DNA of 64,000 bases from assembly GCA_028534125.1 (NCBI GenBank), contig CM052816.1:23066001-23130000 (forward strand), read 5' to 3'. The notes under the pieces are model-generated. The model was given only the letters and a program-made list of their open reading frames with translations. It was not told the DNA's origin and did not search any database. The position numbers and the translations under genes were made by a program. The stretch is from Lama glama (Eukaryota). Within the stretch, counting starts at the first letter, position 1. Every line of letters begins with the position of its first letter. Of the stretch, positions 12,419 through 24,960 are shown one piece after another.

Positions 12419-13474
12419 CACAACGAAGATAAACTAAAAAGAGAAAAGGCATGGATCAATGTATTCTATGGCCAAACATAAATAATTTGGCAATTATATA
12501 TGCATCATCTCCCTCTTTCAACAGAAAGTTTTAAAGTAACCACATTTCAAATTTGCAGAGAGATTGTTCAAGAGTTTTAGGACAGAAGTTATTCACTATT
12601 GCCTTACTGCAAGTTGGAAGATAAAAAATAAAGATGGTAAGGGTCTTCTTCAAGTACTTTAATTTGCAATCTTACTATAAATATCTATAGATTAAAAATG
12701 CAATTAAAAAGAAATAACTGATTGATAAACATCATGGATTTTTAAAGTTCTATAATATCTTTACAATGTTAATGTGAATTTAAATTGAAATGCACTATTG
12801 TGCTGAGTCGGTACAGCAAAATATACTACAGGTGTGACTTTTTAAAAAGTAACTTTTATTTTTATTTAACATAATAGTAATAGTTTTTATAAGGAGTGAC
12901 TTTGAAAATCTTAGCTAATTTTTTAACCTAAATCAAGGTGATTTTTTTCAAAACTGGACTATAAAATCTTTTAAAAGTTCAATATATTACAGAGTTTAAA
13001 TATGTGCTGTTGAAATAGGATTCTCAAATTATATACTGTTAAATAGACACACAAACCATCATGTTTGGACAATGTTCAGATAATATTCAGCTGGTCCATC
13101 ACTTAACTTGCTATAACGGTATAAGGTTATTTATACATCAGAAAAATGCCTACATTCAAAAATAAGATTGAGATTACATGTGAATATGAGGTGACAAGGA
13201 AAATAAGTTAAAACATGCATAAATATAGTTTTAAAGTGACAAGTCTATTCAAGTCCTATCTCATTATCTTCTGGTCTTATAAACATTACTTCCCAGTCTC
13301 CTAAACAATACCCAAATCACTTTAGAACATTCACACTGAGAATGATTCCTTTTTAAAGATATGCAAAATACATAGCTCAAAGCCACCTCAGTCCCGTCCC
13401 CAAATACCGGTTTTTAAAACTGGAATATTTTTAGGTCTTCTCATTCTTACCCTAACCAAATGTTACATGAGATA

Positions 13475-14948
13475 TGTAGGGCAATTCTACAATTTCAATA
13501 AAAAGTGTTGGGAAAACTGAAAAGCCACATGCTAAAGAATGAAACTGCACCTTTAGCCACCTCTATTTTATACTACACACAAAAATCAACTTGAAATGGA
13601 TTAAAAAACTTAAATTTAAAACCTGTAACTGTGAAGTTCCTAGAAGAAAACATAGATAGTAAAGTTCTTCACATCAGCATTGGCAATAATTTCTTTTTTG
13701 CGGGGAGGGATTTGACACCAAAAGCAAAGGCAACAAAAGAAAAAATAAACAAGTTGTACTATATCAAACTTAAAAGCTGCAAAGCAAAGGAAACCAACAC
13801 AATGACAAGGCAATCTATGGAATGAGAGAAAGTAGTTGCAAATCATCTCTCTTATAAGGGGTTAATATCCAAAATATATAAAGAATTCACATCATAGTAA
13901 AAAAAAAATCTAATTTAAAATGGGTCAGTGGATTTAAATAGATATTTTTTTCCCAAAGAAAACATACACGTGACCAACAGGGACATAAAATGGTGCTCAG
14001 TATCACTAATTTTAAAGAATATGTAAATCAAAACCACAATGAGGTATCACCTTACGCAGAATGACTACTGTCAAAAAGACAAGAGATGACAAATACTGAT
14101 GAGGATGTGGAGAAAAGGGAACTGTTGTGCAGTGTTGGTGGGAATGCAAATTGGTGCAGACTTTACAGAAAACAGTTTGGAGATGCCTCAAAAAATTAAA
14201 GATAAAGCTACCGTTTAGGACGATACAGGAATCCCGCTTGTGGGAATATATCCAACGGAAATGAAGACAGGATCTCAAAGGAATAATATCTGCACTGCAG
14301 TGTCCACTAAAAGGCACTATTCACAACAGCCACAACGTGGAAACAACCTACGTGTCCACTGATGAATGAGTGGTTAAGAAAACGGGTTTACATAAAACGA
14401 AATCTCATTCAGTCAGGGATATTTCTGAATATTACTCAGAATGAAGGCATCGTGCTACTTGTGAGAACGTGGGTCACTTGAGGGCACCATGCTAAGTGAG
14501 GTAAGTCAGACTGAGAGAGACGAATACTGCAGGGTATCACTTATGTGTGGACGCTAAACAAAAAGTCAGTGATAGAAACAGAGAAAAGAAAAGTGGGTGC
14601 CAGGGGCTGAGGGACAGGGGAAATAGGGAGAGGTTGGTAAAAGGGTACAAACTTTGAGCTATAAGATGAATAAGGTTTGAGGATTTAATGTATTATATGG
14701 TGACTATAGTTGATAACAGTTTTGTATAACTGAAATTTGCTGAGAGTAGAACTTAAAGTTTCTCACTAAAAACAAAAAAAAAAATCCCAAAATATGAGTA
14801 TGTGAGGTGATGATATGTTTATTACCTAGAGGAGGAAATCCTTTCACAATGTATATGTATAACAAATCATCATGATGAACACTTCAAATATTTTAAAATT
14901 TCATTCATCATTTATACTACAATAAAGGATGAAGGGGAAAAAAAGAAA
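13475..14948 (+). mobile_element. L1 (L1MA9-like): ORF2 3' part plus full 3'UTR, 5'-truncated and decayed
   Basis: degenerate ORF2 (translates to KFLEENI..LH.I.IGNNF...TPKAKATKEKINK..YIKLK); 3'UTR 'aagggtacaaactttgagctataagatgaataag...gtgactatagttgataac...tgaaatttgctgagagtagaacttaaag'; ends 'tactacaataaag' plus an A-rich tail. Confidence 0.93.
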
Positions 14949-15393
14949 GTGAATAGCTCTCATTCACCTAAGAGATTTTTCTATGCAATGTGGACCAAAA
15001 ATAAGATGTTTATAAAGTGTATTATCAGATTGCTTTGAAGACTTACTGGATTTCCTATATAACAATTTCATTAAAGGAATCACGTTTTTTGGCTCTCAAA
15101 TTGCAGCACTAAATGGCTGTTGTAGTTGTCAGCATCATCCTCAACCAGCCACTTCTCAACAGTGAGCACCACAGTTATAATGACTCCTGGTAACACTCCT
15201 GCACCAAAGCATTTTTGATTCAAGCATGAAGTTTTATAAATGAGATTTTATAAGAATTTATCAAAAACACTAATGTTTTAATATTTATTTCCAACAAGTA
15301 AAAGAATAAAACACCCTTTAAAAATAAAAGATATGATAAGAAATGATTCATGACATATCCGGATGATTTTTCAAAAACTGTGTGTATATTTTA

Positions 15394-15545
15394 GGAAGAG
15401 TATATAGCTCAACAGTAGAGTGTGTGCTGAGCATACACCAGGTCCTGGGTTCAATCCCCAGTACCTCCATTAAAATAAACAAGCAAACCTAATTATCTCC
15501 CCACCAAAAAATAAATAAACAAATAAGTAAAGTTAGAAAAAAAAA
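15394..15545 (+). mobile_element. tRNA-derived camelid SINE (vic-1-like)
   Basis: A-box-like 'tagctcaacagtagag', B-box 'ggttcaatccc', then 'cagtacctccattaaaataaac...acctaattatctcccc' and an A-rich tail. Confidence 0.88.
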
Positions 15546-16546
15546 TCTGTGTCGTCAGAATTAACCTTTGATGTGTTTCAGATGCATAAGCCAGCTCTGT
15601 GATGGGACATTTAATCTTTCTCTGTATAGAAAGTTCAGAGAGAATGGCACCTCAAAGTCTCAAATTGCCTACAAAGGAACTTTAAAATTCTCCTACTTTT
15701 TATTTGTTGGGATCATTTTTTTGTTCTGCTTTCTTATTTTTTAAATTACACATTTCTTTATCCTGTCTGGTTTATTCCCTCTCCCTTATTCCTTAGCACA
15801 TGAGCTAAGGACAGAAGGAAATGACTCGCCCTCAGCCAGCACTTCTCCGTGGAGCAGGACGGCCACCCACTGGGCCCAATGCCACCTGCCTGTGGCTAAG
15901 TTTAACCTGCGTCACCACAAGGCCAGTGAGACGGGGCTTCAGGTAATTTCTATTTTCAAGTCAGTTCACCATTTAGATTCATCCTCTACCAGATGCAAGT
16001 CTGAAGGGACACTCTGACCACAATAAACCCCACAAGGAACTACAGAATATGGCTCCTTGAAAGCCTCACAACCATCCAGACCTTACACATCCCCTTCACA
16101 TATCAGCAAAGCCGATTACACTGTGGCATGTTCCTCATGAAAACCTCATTACCCGAGGAGTCGTGCAGCCGATCACATCACAGTGTTGAGAACAAGAACC
16201 TAGACTGTCATCGATATCCTGTCCAGAGCCCTAACAATTCAATCAGCAACAATGCTACCTGCAACATCCAAAAGCAGGACACACTTTCCAACAAGACACA
16301 CAGCCCATCTCCGGCCACTGAAGGACAGCTCAGAACAAATCAGTTTGAGCAGAAAGTTATCTGAGACGTCCTGACAACATTCCTGTGCAGAGTGCCAAGA
16401 GGAAACTGGAACTGGACACAGGAAATTTAGAAGAGAAAACAGACACAGTAATTCAAAAAACAAGGAAATGAAAGCATTTCTAGGCCATTTGGTAGCATAA
16501 CAGGTTGGAAAGACGGCTATATGAATTAAAATAAAAAGCCCCCACT

Positions 16547-16623
16547 AAAAGAGAAGGAAGGAAGGAAGAAAAAGAAAGAGGGAAAGAAAAGAAGGAATAA
16601 AAGAAAAGAAGTAGGGAAGGAGG
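16547..16623. repeat. purine-rich (GAAG/GAAA) low-complexity tract
   Basis: 'aaaagagaaggaaggaaggaagaaaaagaaagagggaaagaaaagaagg...'. Confidence 0.85.
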
Positions 16624-19044
16624 CAACAATACATGTCTCAGGTTCCAACTGTTCAAATTTGTCTCTTAAGATTCTAATCTGCTCCCAGGGGCTCCTTCAT
16701 TGTAATATGAGGATCAGGATTGTCTGGAAATGACTCTGGGCATTTTCTGGTTGCCTAGACAATGAGCTGGCTGGGATGGGGGCCCCCTGTCTCCCGACAG
16801 GCAGGGCCATGCAGCCTCAGCCTCCCATGACTCGCATCTACCTACATACAGAGGGAACTCTGATCTCTCAGGTGCTCTCTGGCCTGCAAGCACCGGCAGC
16901 TGGCATTTCCAGGCCTTTCAACAGCTGGCATCCTAAATTCAGGCTCTCTGGCACCCATGAGCCTGTGTGTCCCCCTCTGACAGCATGTCCCTAGAAGCAC
17001 CCAGCCTTGACACAGTTCTCTATGGAATGACGGGAGGAAGGAAGGCACCCACACTTTCTCTTCTCTTGTTGATTCTTGGCTATGTACATTTTCCCAAGAA
17101 AAGTTAATTCCTTAACTATGTAGGCTTTGGAGAATGTGTCCTGAACCCTGGGCCATAAAGGGCAGAGGCCCAGATAGTTCTCATAAGAGTCACCAAAGGA
17201 AGTCACATTGCTTGACCCTCACATGTAGGCAAAAGAGCCTCATTTTCTACTGCTAAACTCATGGGCTAAAAAGAACAGAACAAGGGCACAGAGAGTAACT
17301 CAAGTGTAAACAGAAGCACTGGTTTACATATCAATAACCTACAGGAGGCCAGGCAGAATTTCAATTGTTTTAGCTGTTATTATTATTATTGTTATTGTTA
17401 TTACTGTTAGCATCATCATCCCTATTTGCCCTTTTCAGTTTACACGGCGTTATGTTTATAGATTAAATCCCTGAATGTCAACTGCACTGATACAGACATT
17501 TGTATCCCCCTAACCCCAAAACAGAAAGCTACTGGTGAGGGCATGTTCAGAACAAAGGATGCCAATTTTTCTGAGCATAAGACTCTTTCAAAAATTTTGT
17601 CATTAATTTTTATGAAATAACTGTATATAGCTAATATACAGGCTTTTAAGTTATTGTATACATACTACCCCACCCCCTTACTGGAAGCACCTATACATAA
17701 ATGCTCACAGAATGCTCACTAAGGACTATTCTTGTGGAATAAAGGAAGGAGGGCAAGACAAACTCAGGGAGGTCCTGTCTATCTCGGCTTCCATCCCAGG
17801 CCCTTCACTGGATACTGGTACCAAACTCTGCCACCGCCACAGATGGCGAGAACTAACGTGGTACTGGCAATACCTCCATCATCTGGTAATTTCCTCAGTG
17901 GCCTCCTCACCCAAACGTTTTCAAAAAAACAAAAGGAAATTTAAAAAAAAAAAAGGAATTTCAGAGAGACTCGAATTCTAAAATGTTTCGAATCATGTTT
18001 CAGATAATCTTTTCTTTCCTGTGAGAATGAATTCAACCTCCAAGGAAAGTGAGGGCCCTCTGCCTAAATTCGTGAGCACACACAGCAAAACGAACCTAGG
18101 CAGTGGACTTGGCTTTCACTACAGTCTGTAAAATAACTGTCAACTTCCAGGTCACCCAGATGAAGGGGGTGCGGTGGGGGAGAGAGAGAGAAAGAGAGCG
18201 AGAGAGAATATGAATACATGATGAATACAATGAACACAGAATTATGAGGTAGCAGACATAACACACGTGAGCATAAATCTGTGTTAGAAAGATCTTTTAA
18301 ACTTACAGAAATAATGTGAATTTTTAAAATGAAGTATAAATTTGGGTAGACTTGGAATTTAGAGATAATTCTAGTCATTAACTCTTGAAATACTGGCAGC
18401 CAAATAAAGATTATACATCCTCATTCTATCTACCTTGTTATTTGGACCTGTTACCAAAAGTGTTATTTTTATAGTGCCGTCTTTCAAAATTTTACACCAA
18501 AATCCTAAGATGCTTTTAAACTAAGAGATGGAAAAACATACTTAGCATAGCCTTATCTCTCATAAAAAGCAGCAGAGGGTAAAATAGTTACCATCCTTCA
18601 TCATTATCTTTGAAAACGGTCTACTTTTTTAAAAAGTCATGAGTTCTTTAAATATACTGATCATCTTTATGAAAAATGTTTTTCCACCACTGTTCAAAGT
18701 TAGCTATTTCTGAGACATAATGCTGAAATTCATCACAAGTTTCTTGGCAAGCAAGAGATTTTAGCTTTCTGAATGAACAAAGTGATGCTGTGTAAGAGAG
18801 AAATGACAACCAAATAAGCCACAGCCTTACAAGAACCAGTAGTTCTTAGAGCAAATATGAGATGATTTCAAATATAGTCTTTAATGATTTGTACCGACAG
18901 AAACTGAATTGAAGACCATTTTCTTCTTTTTTAAGATATATTTATATGACCCTGGGACTTGAGCCTGTGATAAATATACATGCTGCACATACTCAAATAT
19001 TTAAGGTTAGTGAATTGTATCACATTACTTATGACTTTCCTCCT

Positions 19045-19255
19045 TTATTCATTCAACAAACATTTCCTAAGAGGCTCTTAACAGCAGGCAGGCACTGTGT
19101 TACGTGCTGGACATGTCACAGGGAGCTGCAGAAAGACTTTGCCTGAACTTACGGAGTTTACAGTCCAGTGAGCAAGACAGAAATCAGATGAACCACCACA
19201 CATCAAGACGGAATTAGACTGTGCTAGGTGCAATTAATGGGTGCCCTGAGAGACC
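19045..19255 (-). mobile_element. L2 3' end
   Basis: 'attcattcaacaaacatttcct...caggcactgtgttacgtgctgga...ttacggagtttacagtccagtgagcaagacaga'. Confidence 0.8.
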
Positions 19256-19299
19256 ACTCAGAATGCGATGTCAGGACATAAGCCTTAGAGAAAAAATGA

Positions 19300-20280
19300 A
19301 TAACCACAAATTTTAAAAAATTCTTCATGAAGAATATATAAAAAGGGGGGGGAAAAAAGACCAAACAAACTGAAAAAACAATTTTGCCACATATAGCAGA
19401 CAAAGATCTAGTTTTTGTACTGAATGAAGTGTTCCTACAAATCAGTGAGAAAAGCCTTTTACATAATTAAAGAATGCAAGCTCAAAGAGCTTAAGAAGGA
19501 CTTGCCCTTTTTCACTAATCAGATTAACAAAATTAAAAAAGAATGATCATAAAGAATACTGGTGACTAGCTGGCAGGAAAGGGACTTTCACGGACTCAGG
19601 GAAGGAGGATAAATTGTGGCACCTGACCTGGAGCAAAATTTGGCAAGATCTACTATCACTTTGAAAGCACAAGCCTGCTGACCCAGCATTTTGTTTCAAG
19701 AATTCACCCTATAGATTTACTGTGTATATTAAAAGTATTTTAGTAATATGTATTATAGCATTGCTTTTAAAACAAAGGCTGCAATCTATTTTTACTGAAG
19801 TATAGTCGATTTACAATGTTGTGTTAATTTCTGGTGTACAACATAGTGATCCAGTTGTACACACACACACACACACACACACACATATTCCTTTTCATTT
19901 TCTATACTAGTTTTAATAAATGGAATTATATTCACACAATGAAACACTGCACAGTTTTTTTAATAAAGAATCAAATCTTCATGCACTAATATAGTAAGAT
20001 TTTATAGACAGATACTTTAAAGTGGGGAAAAATAACCAAGGGGCTAGAACAGTGATTGTTGTATTCATTTAAGAACACACACACACACTGTTGCTGGCAT
20101 AAGAGTGAAATGTTTCTGAATATTTTACTGTTAAATAACTGCACATTAAGTACTTGATTATTCCTGGGTATGAAGCCAAGGGGTCTGAGGTGGCAAAGAA
20201 ATCTTCATATGTCATTGTAGGTTACTTTTGCTTGATTTTTAAAAACTGTGCATGGATAGCTTTTTCAATTAAAAACAAAA
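19300..20280 (+). mobile_element. ancient L1 (L1ME/L1MC-like) ORF2 end/3'UTR, interrupted by a younger L1 tail
   Basis: 'tcctacaaatcagtgagaaaag', 'atcagattaacaaaattaaaaaag', 'ggagcaaaatttggcaagatcta...tgacccagcattttgtttcaagaattcaccct', 'ggaattatattcacacaatgaaacactgcacag'. Confidence 0.7.
19788..19900 (-). mobile_element. very short L1 3' tip with expanded (CA)n
   Basis: 'tttttactgaagtatagtcgatttacaatgttgtgttaatttctggtgtacaacatagtgatccagttgta(ca)n tattccttttcat'. Confidence 0.85.
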
Positions 20281-20847
20281 ACTAGACTGAGAAAAGTCAG
20301 ATTAAACATAGGGGAGCATTGCTGCTGGAGCTTTACCGTCTGAGAGATGAGGTGGGTGTCATGTATTGGTCATTTACAGGCATACCCTGTCACATAACTG
20401 GTTTTGATAAAATAAGTCCAGGCAGTGGTCTGGTTTTCTTAAGCTTGTTAAAAAAAATTACCCTCAAGAGTAAGACAAAAGAGCTATAAGTTCTGAAATA
20501 TGCTTTGAGTCATCTGAGAAATATGTCGATCGGCAGATTTCAATCATCAGAAGTTCACGCAAAGGTGATTCAAGAAGGAGGAAGAAACTAACAAACACTT
20601 ACAGAAGGAGTAGTATGAGCCAGACACTGGCACTTCACATGGTTTCATTCATTAGTGTAAAAAACTCATAAATTCAGGAATTGTGCTTTGCACTAGGGAT
20701 ACTGAAAACAAGGCATATAATATCTCTACTTTTATTGATCTTTGAGTATGGTGGGAAAGACACATCAGAAACAAGCAAGCAACTAAGTCACACTGCTACA
20801 GATACAATAAATGCTATACAGAAAAGAAAGCCAGTGATATAAGGGGG

Positions 20848-20883
20848 GTGTGTGTGCATGTGTGTGTGTGTGCGCGCGCGTAT
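20848..20883. repeat. (TG)n(CG)n alternating purine-pyrimidine tract
   Basis: 'gtgtgtgtgcatgtgtgtgtgtgtgcgcgcgcgtat'. Confidence 0.9.
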
Positions 20884-21469
20884 TAGAGATGGCAGACCTT
20901 AGGATTACTACGTGTTTGCCAGTAAGAAAATAAGGAATTCTTTGAAATACCTAATCTGGTTTAGAAGGCTTCTTTCTCAAAAACTTGACCATGCAAAACT
21001 TGTCTATGATATTCGTCAAGTCAGAACTTTGGCTGTGCATTTTTAAAACAAGTTCTAATGGTGACCCAGGAAACCAAATCAAAAACCCAGTATATGGGTT
21101 GGAAGACAGAAACTGTTGCCAGCATTTACTTCTGCAACAATTTAAAATGTAGGAGGATGTCAAAATAAACACGTCCAAACAACTCCAGGGTTCCAAGAGG
21201 CGAAAACACCACCAGGTCCCACTGGGCTTCCTGTGCAGTTTGTTAAGACATTCACAGATGGTGTTTGAAATAACACAGTTTCTCAAAGGATCTTATACTC
21301 AAATTATCCCATCAGCTTTAAAGAGGTGACAGAGCAACTGGGCTACACTAGCTGAGTGCATCAGTGACATCAGCTTTGAAAGTGAGGCTCCAATGTGATC
21401 TAAGGTAATAATATGGACAATATTAACAAAATGTAATCAGAATTGCAGCTACTGTGGTTAGGAACTTCC

Positions 21470-21645
21470 CAGACACAAAATCATTTAAATGGAAATTACT
21501 CTGCCAAGGACTATTAGCCCTTTTTTAAGGCGGAAAAACTGAGTCTCAGGGAAGTTCAGTATCTTTCTCAAAATAAGGTGATGAACAAAAGACAGAATCA
21601 GGCTTTGAAATGAGGTCTGTTTGGTTCTAAGCCCCATGCTCTTTA
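21470..21645 (-). mobile_element. MIR SINE
   Basis: 'ctattagcccttttttaaggcggaaaaactgagtctcagggaagttcagta...caggctttgaaatgaggtctgtttggttctaagccccatgctctt'. Confidence 0.75.
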
Positions 21646-21796
21646 TCTAGAAGTTGAGAGAGGAGAGGAAGTGGAAGGAAGTGGGGAGGGAGAAGACAGA
21701 AAAGAAAAAAGAAAAAAAGGGAAAAAAAAAAGCCCAAACACACAAATCCAGGGTTTCCAACTTGTGAACTGAGGGAGGGGTTACTGAACGCAGTGG

Positions 21797-22296
21797 NNNN
21801 NNNNNNNNNNNNNNNNNNNNNNNNNNNNNNNNNNNNNNNNNNNNNNNNNNNNNNNNNNNNNNNNNNNNNNNNNNNNNNNNNNNNNNNNNNNNNNNNNNNN
21901 NNNNNNNNNNNNNNNNNNNNNNNNNNNNNNNNNNNNNNNNNNNNNNNNNNNNNNNNNNNNNNNNNNNNNNNNNNNNNNNNNNNNNNNNNNNNNNNNNNNN
22001 NNNNNNNNNNNNNNNNNNNNNNNNNNNNNNNNNNNNNNNNNNNNNNNNNNNNNNNNNNNNNNNNNNNNNNNNNNNNNNNNNNNNNNNNNNNNNNNNNNNN
22101 NNNNNNNNNNNNNNNNNNNNNNNNNNNNNNNNNNNNNNNNNNNNNNNNNNNNNNNNNNNNNNNNNNNNNNNNNNNNNNNNNNNNNNNNNNNNNNNNNNNN
22201 NNNNNNNNNNNNNNNNNNNNNNNNNNNNNNNNNNNNNNNNNNNNNNNNNNNNNNNNNNNNNNNNNNNNNNNNNNNNNNNNNNNNNNNNNNNNNNNN
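21797..22296. other. assembly gap (500 N)
   Basis: run of exactly 500 N. Confidence 1.
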
Positions 22297-22857
22297 AATG
22301 AAACAGGAATAATATTTCTAGTATTAAGTCAGTTACAAACAGAGAAGTAAAGGCTGACAAAATGGAAAGTTTTGGATCACCTACCCATCTTCAAATAGAC
22401 ACACTGCTTCATATTCAATTTCTGTTTGGCCAAGAGGTAAATATTCTGAATCTAATCACACTTAAGGCTGGCCGGTAGAATGGCCACAGAACCAGAAAGC
22501 AGGGCACAAACACGTGCAAACACACACACACACACACCAATTCAGCCCCTATTTCTGCTGTTTCCCAGCTTCTTGATTCGTACCAATCACTAAGCCAATT
22601 CCATTTATATTAAAAAAAATTCTCTAATCATGTCCTTCAACTAATTTGAGGATTTCCTACCAGAAATTTTCATACATTCTTTCACATTATGATCATTTTA
22701 TATTTTTGTTAGAAAATTAGATTTTCAAATATGCTGTTTTCTTTATTCATTGGACAACTCTATGTGTTCATGATATATTAATAGATGAAAAGCCTCAAAA
22801 GGTGGAATAAAATAATCATTTTGAAACTTGATTATATGCAAAGCAATATTTTAGACT

Positions 22858-23042
22858 AGGGGTCAGCCGACAATGCCTCCTGGATGCCTGTCTTGGTAAA
22901 TGTATTTTTACTGGAACACACCCACAGTCACTCATTTATGGATAATCTGTGCTGCCTGCACATCACAACAGAAGAGCTGAAGAGTTGCACAGGCCTGAAA
23001 TATTTCCATCTGTTCCTTCGCAGGAAAGTTTGCTGAATCCTG
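22858..23042 (+). mobile_element. MER58A-like hAT-Charlie DNA transposon
   Basis: TIR-like ends 'aggggtcagc' ... 'aaagtttgctgaatcctg'; internal 'ttttactggaacacacccacagtcactcattta' and 'gcctgaaatatttccatctgttccttcgcagg'. Confidence 0.8.
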
Positions 23043-23059
23043 CTCAAGGTTCTTCACCT

Positions 23060-23245
23060 ATACTGAATCACTGAATCATAAAAGCAATCCTATGAAGTTG
23101 GCACTATGATTATTCCTATTTTGTGGATGATAAACTGAGGGACGAAAAGGTAAAGTAACCTGGTTAGCAGGTAAAGTCACAAGGTTAGCAAGCAGCAGAG
23201 CTGGGACCAAGGCATTTTCGTTCCAAGCCCATGTTCTTAACACCG
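23060..23245 (-). mobile_element. MIR SINE
   Basis: 'caatcctatgaagttggcactatgattattcctattttgtggatgataaactgaggg...gcagagctggga...tccaagcccatgttcttaacac'. Confidence 0.8.
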
Positions 23246-23612
23246 CCTGCCAGCTAATTTAATAGAAAGACACTAAGCAAAGAATGCTATACAAAAATCA
23301 CTTTCTTGGTTGTGGCTTAATCTGTATATTACTTTCCACCACAACACATCAATTTTAAACAACTTTATGTGAGAGAGGAAAAAGTCTGTATCTGCAAACT
23401 GGCAAACCCGGCTTGTCACAGTGTTTTTAATCCAAGTTAACTTGATGCACTTTAATTCATAGTTGGCTAGCTTTAAAATCAACAGTGGTCTCCTAGATAC
23501 TGAATAGTAAGCATATATCATAAACAGTATTTATAAAACATACAGTAGCATCCCTCAGAGTCATGCCATATGTCAGGAAATCCAGTAAAATCTACTTGAA
23601 GTAATCGGTAAT

Positions 23613-23739
23613 TTGGCGGGGGGGAGTAGATTTATTTATTTATAATTTATTTTAATGGTGGTACTGGAGGTCGAACCCAGAACCTCGTGCATGCTAAGTA
23701 CACACTCTACATCTAAGCTATACCCCTGCCCCCGCCTCC
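23613..23739 (-). mobile_element. camelid tRNA-derived SINE (vic-1-like)
   Basis: 'ggtactggaggtcgaacccagaacctcgtgcatgctaagtacacactctacatctaagctatacccc'; TSD-like agtaatcggtaat (23600-23612) / agttattggtaat (23740-23752). Confidence 0.88.
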
Positions 23740-23800
23740 AGTTATTGGTAATCTTGATGTTTTCTTCCTTTAATGATGTACCTTTTTTGGTTTCGTTCTT

Positions 23801-23917
23801 TCTTTTCCCCCCTTAACAGAGGTACTGGGGATTGAACCCAGGACCTTGTGCAGGTCCAGTATGCGCTCTACCACTGAGATATACCATGGCCTCCTACCCA
23901 CCCCACCTCCCCGCCCA
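23801..23917 (-). mobile_element. camelid tRNA-derived SINE (vic-1-like)
   Basis: 'gaggtactggggattgaacccaggaccttgtgcaggtccagtatgcgctctaccactgagatatacc'; TSD-like gtttcgttctt (23790-23800) / gtttagttctt (23918-23928). Confidence 0.88.
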
Positions 23918-24403
23918 GTTTAGTTCTTAAAGGTAAAGCTTTAGGTCTAAATTATTAGAAAGCATCAGGATTGCCAATTATGTCAGGTAGATGTTGCTGG
24001 ATTTCAAAACCTTAACGCGCACCTCCTGCCATTCTGGAGGCACCCCCTCCCTGGAATGCAGCCGTGTGAAGACGGAGGCCAGACGTGAGGCAGCACGGAG
24101 AGAGGTTCCAGGCTGCTGTTCCCGGAGGGGAAACAGGCCCCCTGGATGATGCTGACACAGAAGTTCAGTTTTTAAAGCCCTTCCCTGCTTTAAATTCTAT
24201 AGCATAGGTTTATGTACTTCCACATTTTCTAAAATCTTACAGAGTGGTTAAGACAATGTAATTATTGCAAAAGATCAGCTCCCTCTTGAGAAGTCAGTAG
24301 CTCCAAATGGCTAAATCTTTGGCTTGATTAGCCCAATGATTTCATAAAAGTTAACTGGCACACAAGTGGTAGTTCTAATAGAATTTACATAATATATTCT
24401 TCC

Positions 24404-24500
24404 TTTCAGTAACAATGACTGAGCACCTACTGTGTGCTACGTTCTGTCCTAGGTACTGGAGAGAGAGCAGTGAACAAAAATGACAAAAATTCCTGCTGAT
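24404..24500 (-). mobile_element. L2 3' end
   Basis: 'actgagcacctactgtgtgctacgttctgtcctaggtactggagagagagcagtgaacaaaa'. Confidence 0.8.
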
Positions 24501-24606
24501 TCATCCTTAAAGTTTATCATAATTATATCCTAAACGAGCTTGAAAAAATAAAGAAGCCTTACTCTAGATTTTAAAGGAAAACGAACAAATAAATATGTAT
24601 TTTTCC

Positions 24607-24960
24607 AATACCATATGATACTACTTATATGTGGAATCTAAAAAAAAAAATAACAAATAAACTTACTTGCAAAACAGTAACAGACTCACAGACGTAGAAA
24701 ACAAACTTACGGTTACCAGGAGGGAAAGGAGGTGGGAAGGGATAAACTGGGAGTTTGGGATTTGCAGATACTAACTACTATATATAAAATAGATAAACAG
24801 CAAGGACCTACTGTATAGCACAGGGAAGTATATTCAATACCTTGTAATAGCCTATAATGAAAAATATGAAAAGGAATATATATAATGTATGACAGAAACA
24901 CTGTGCTGTACACCAGAAACTAACACAACATTGTAAACTGACTATACTTCAGTTTAAAAA
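24607..24960 (+). mobile_element. 5'-truncated L1 3' end (camelid/artiodactyl type)
   Basis: 'aataccatatgatactacttatatgtggaatcta...cagactcacagacgtagaaaacaaacttacggttacc...gtacaccagaaactaacacaacattgtaaactgactatacttca'; TSD-like atgtatttttcc / atgtattttcc. Confidence 0.93.

Noticed and set aside
13631..14317. ORFs with L1 ORF2-like peptide
   Set aside because: They are fragments of a decayed L1 with stops and frameshifts, not a host gene.
15394..15470. tRNA-like A/B boxes (also near 23660, 23830 and 46160)
   Set aside because: These are SINE heads with SINE bodies, tails and TSDs; no intact cloverleaf, so not tRNA genes.
17830..17850. CTCF-like ccgccacagatggcg
   Set aside because: Spacing is one base short of the CTCF core, giving several mismatches at key positions.
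21647..22360. 237-aa and 185-aa ORFs in the ORF track
   Set aside because: They are artefacts of reading through the 500-N gap.
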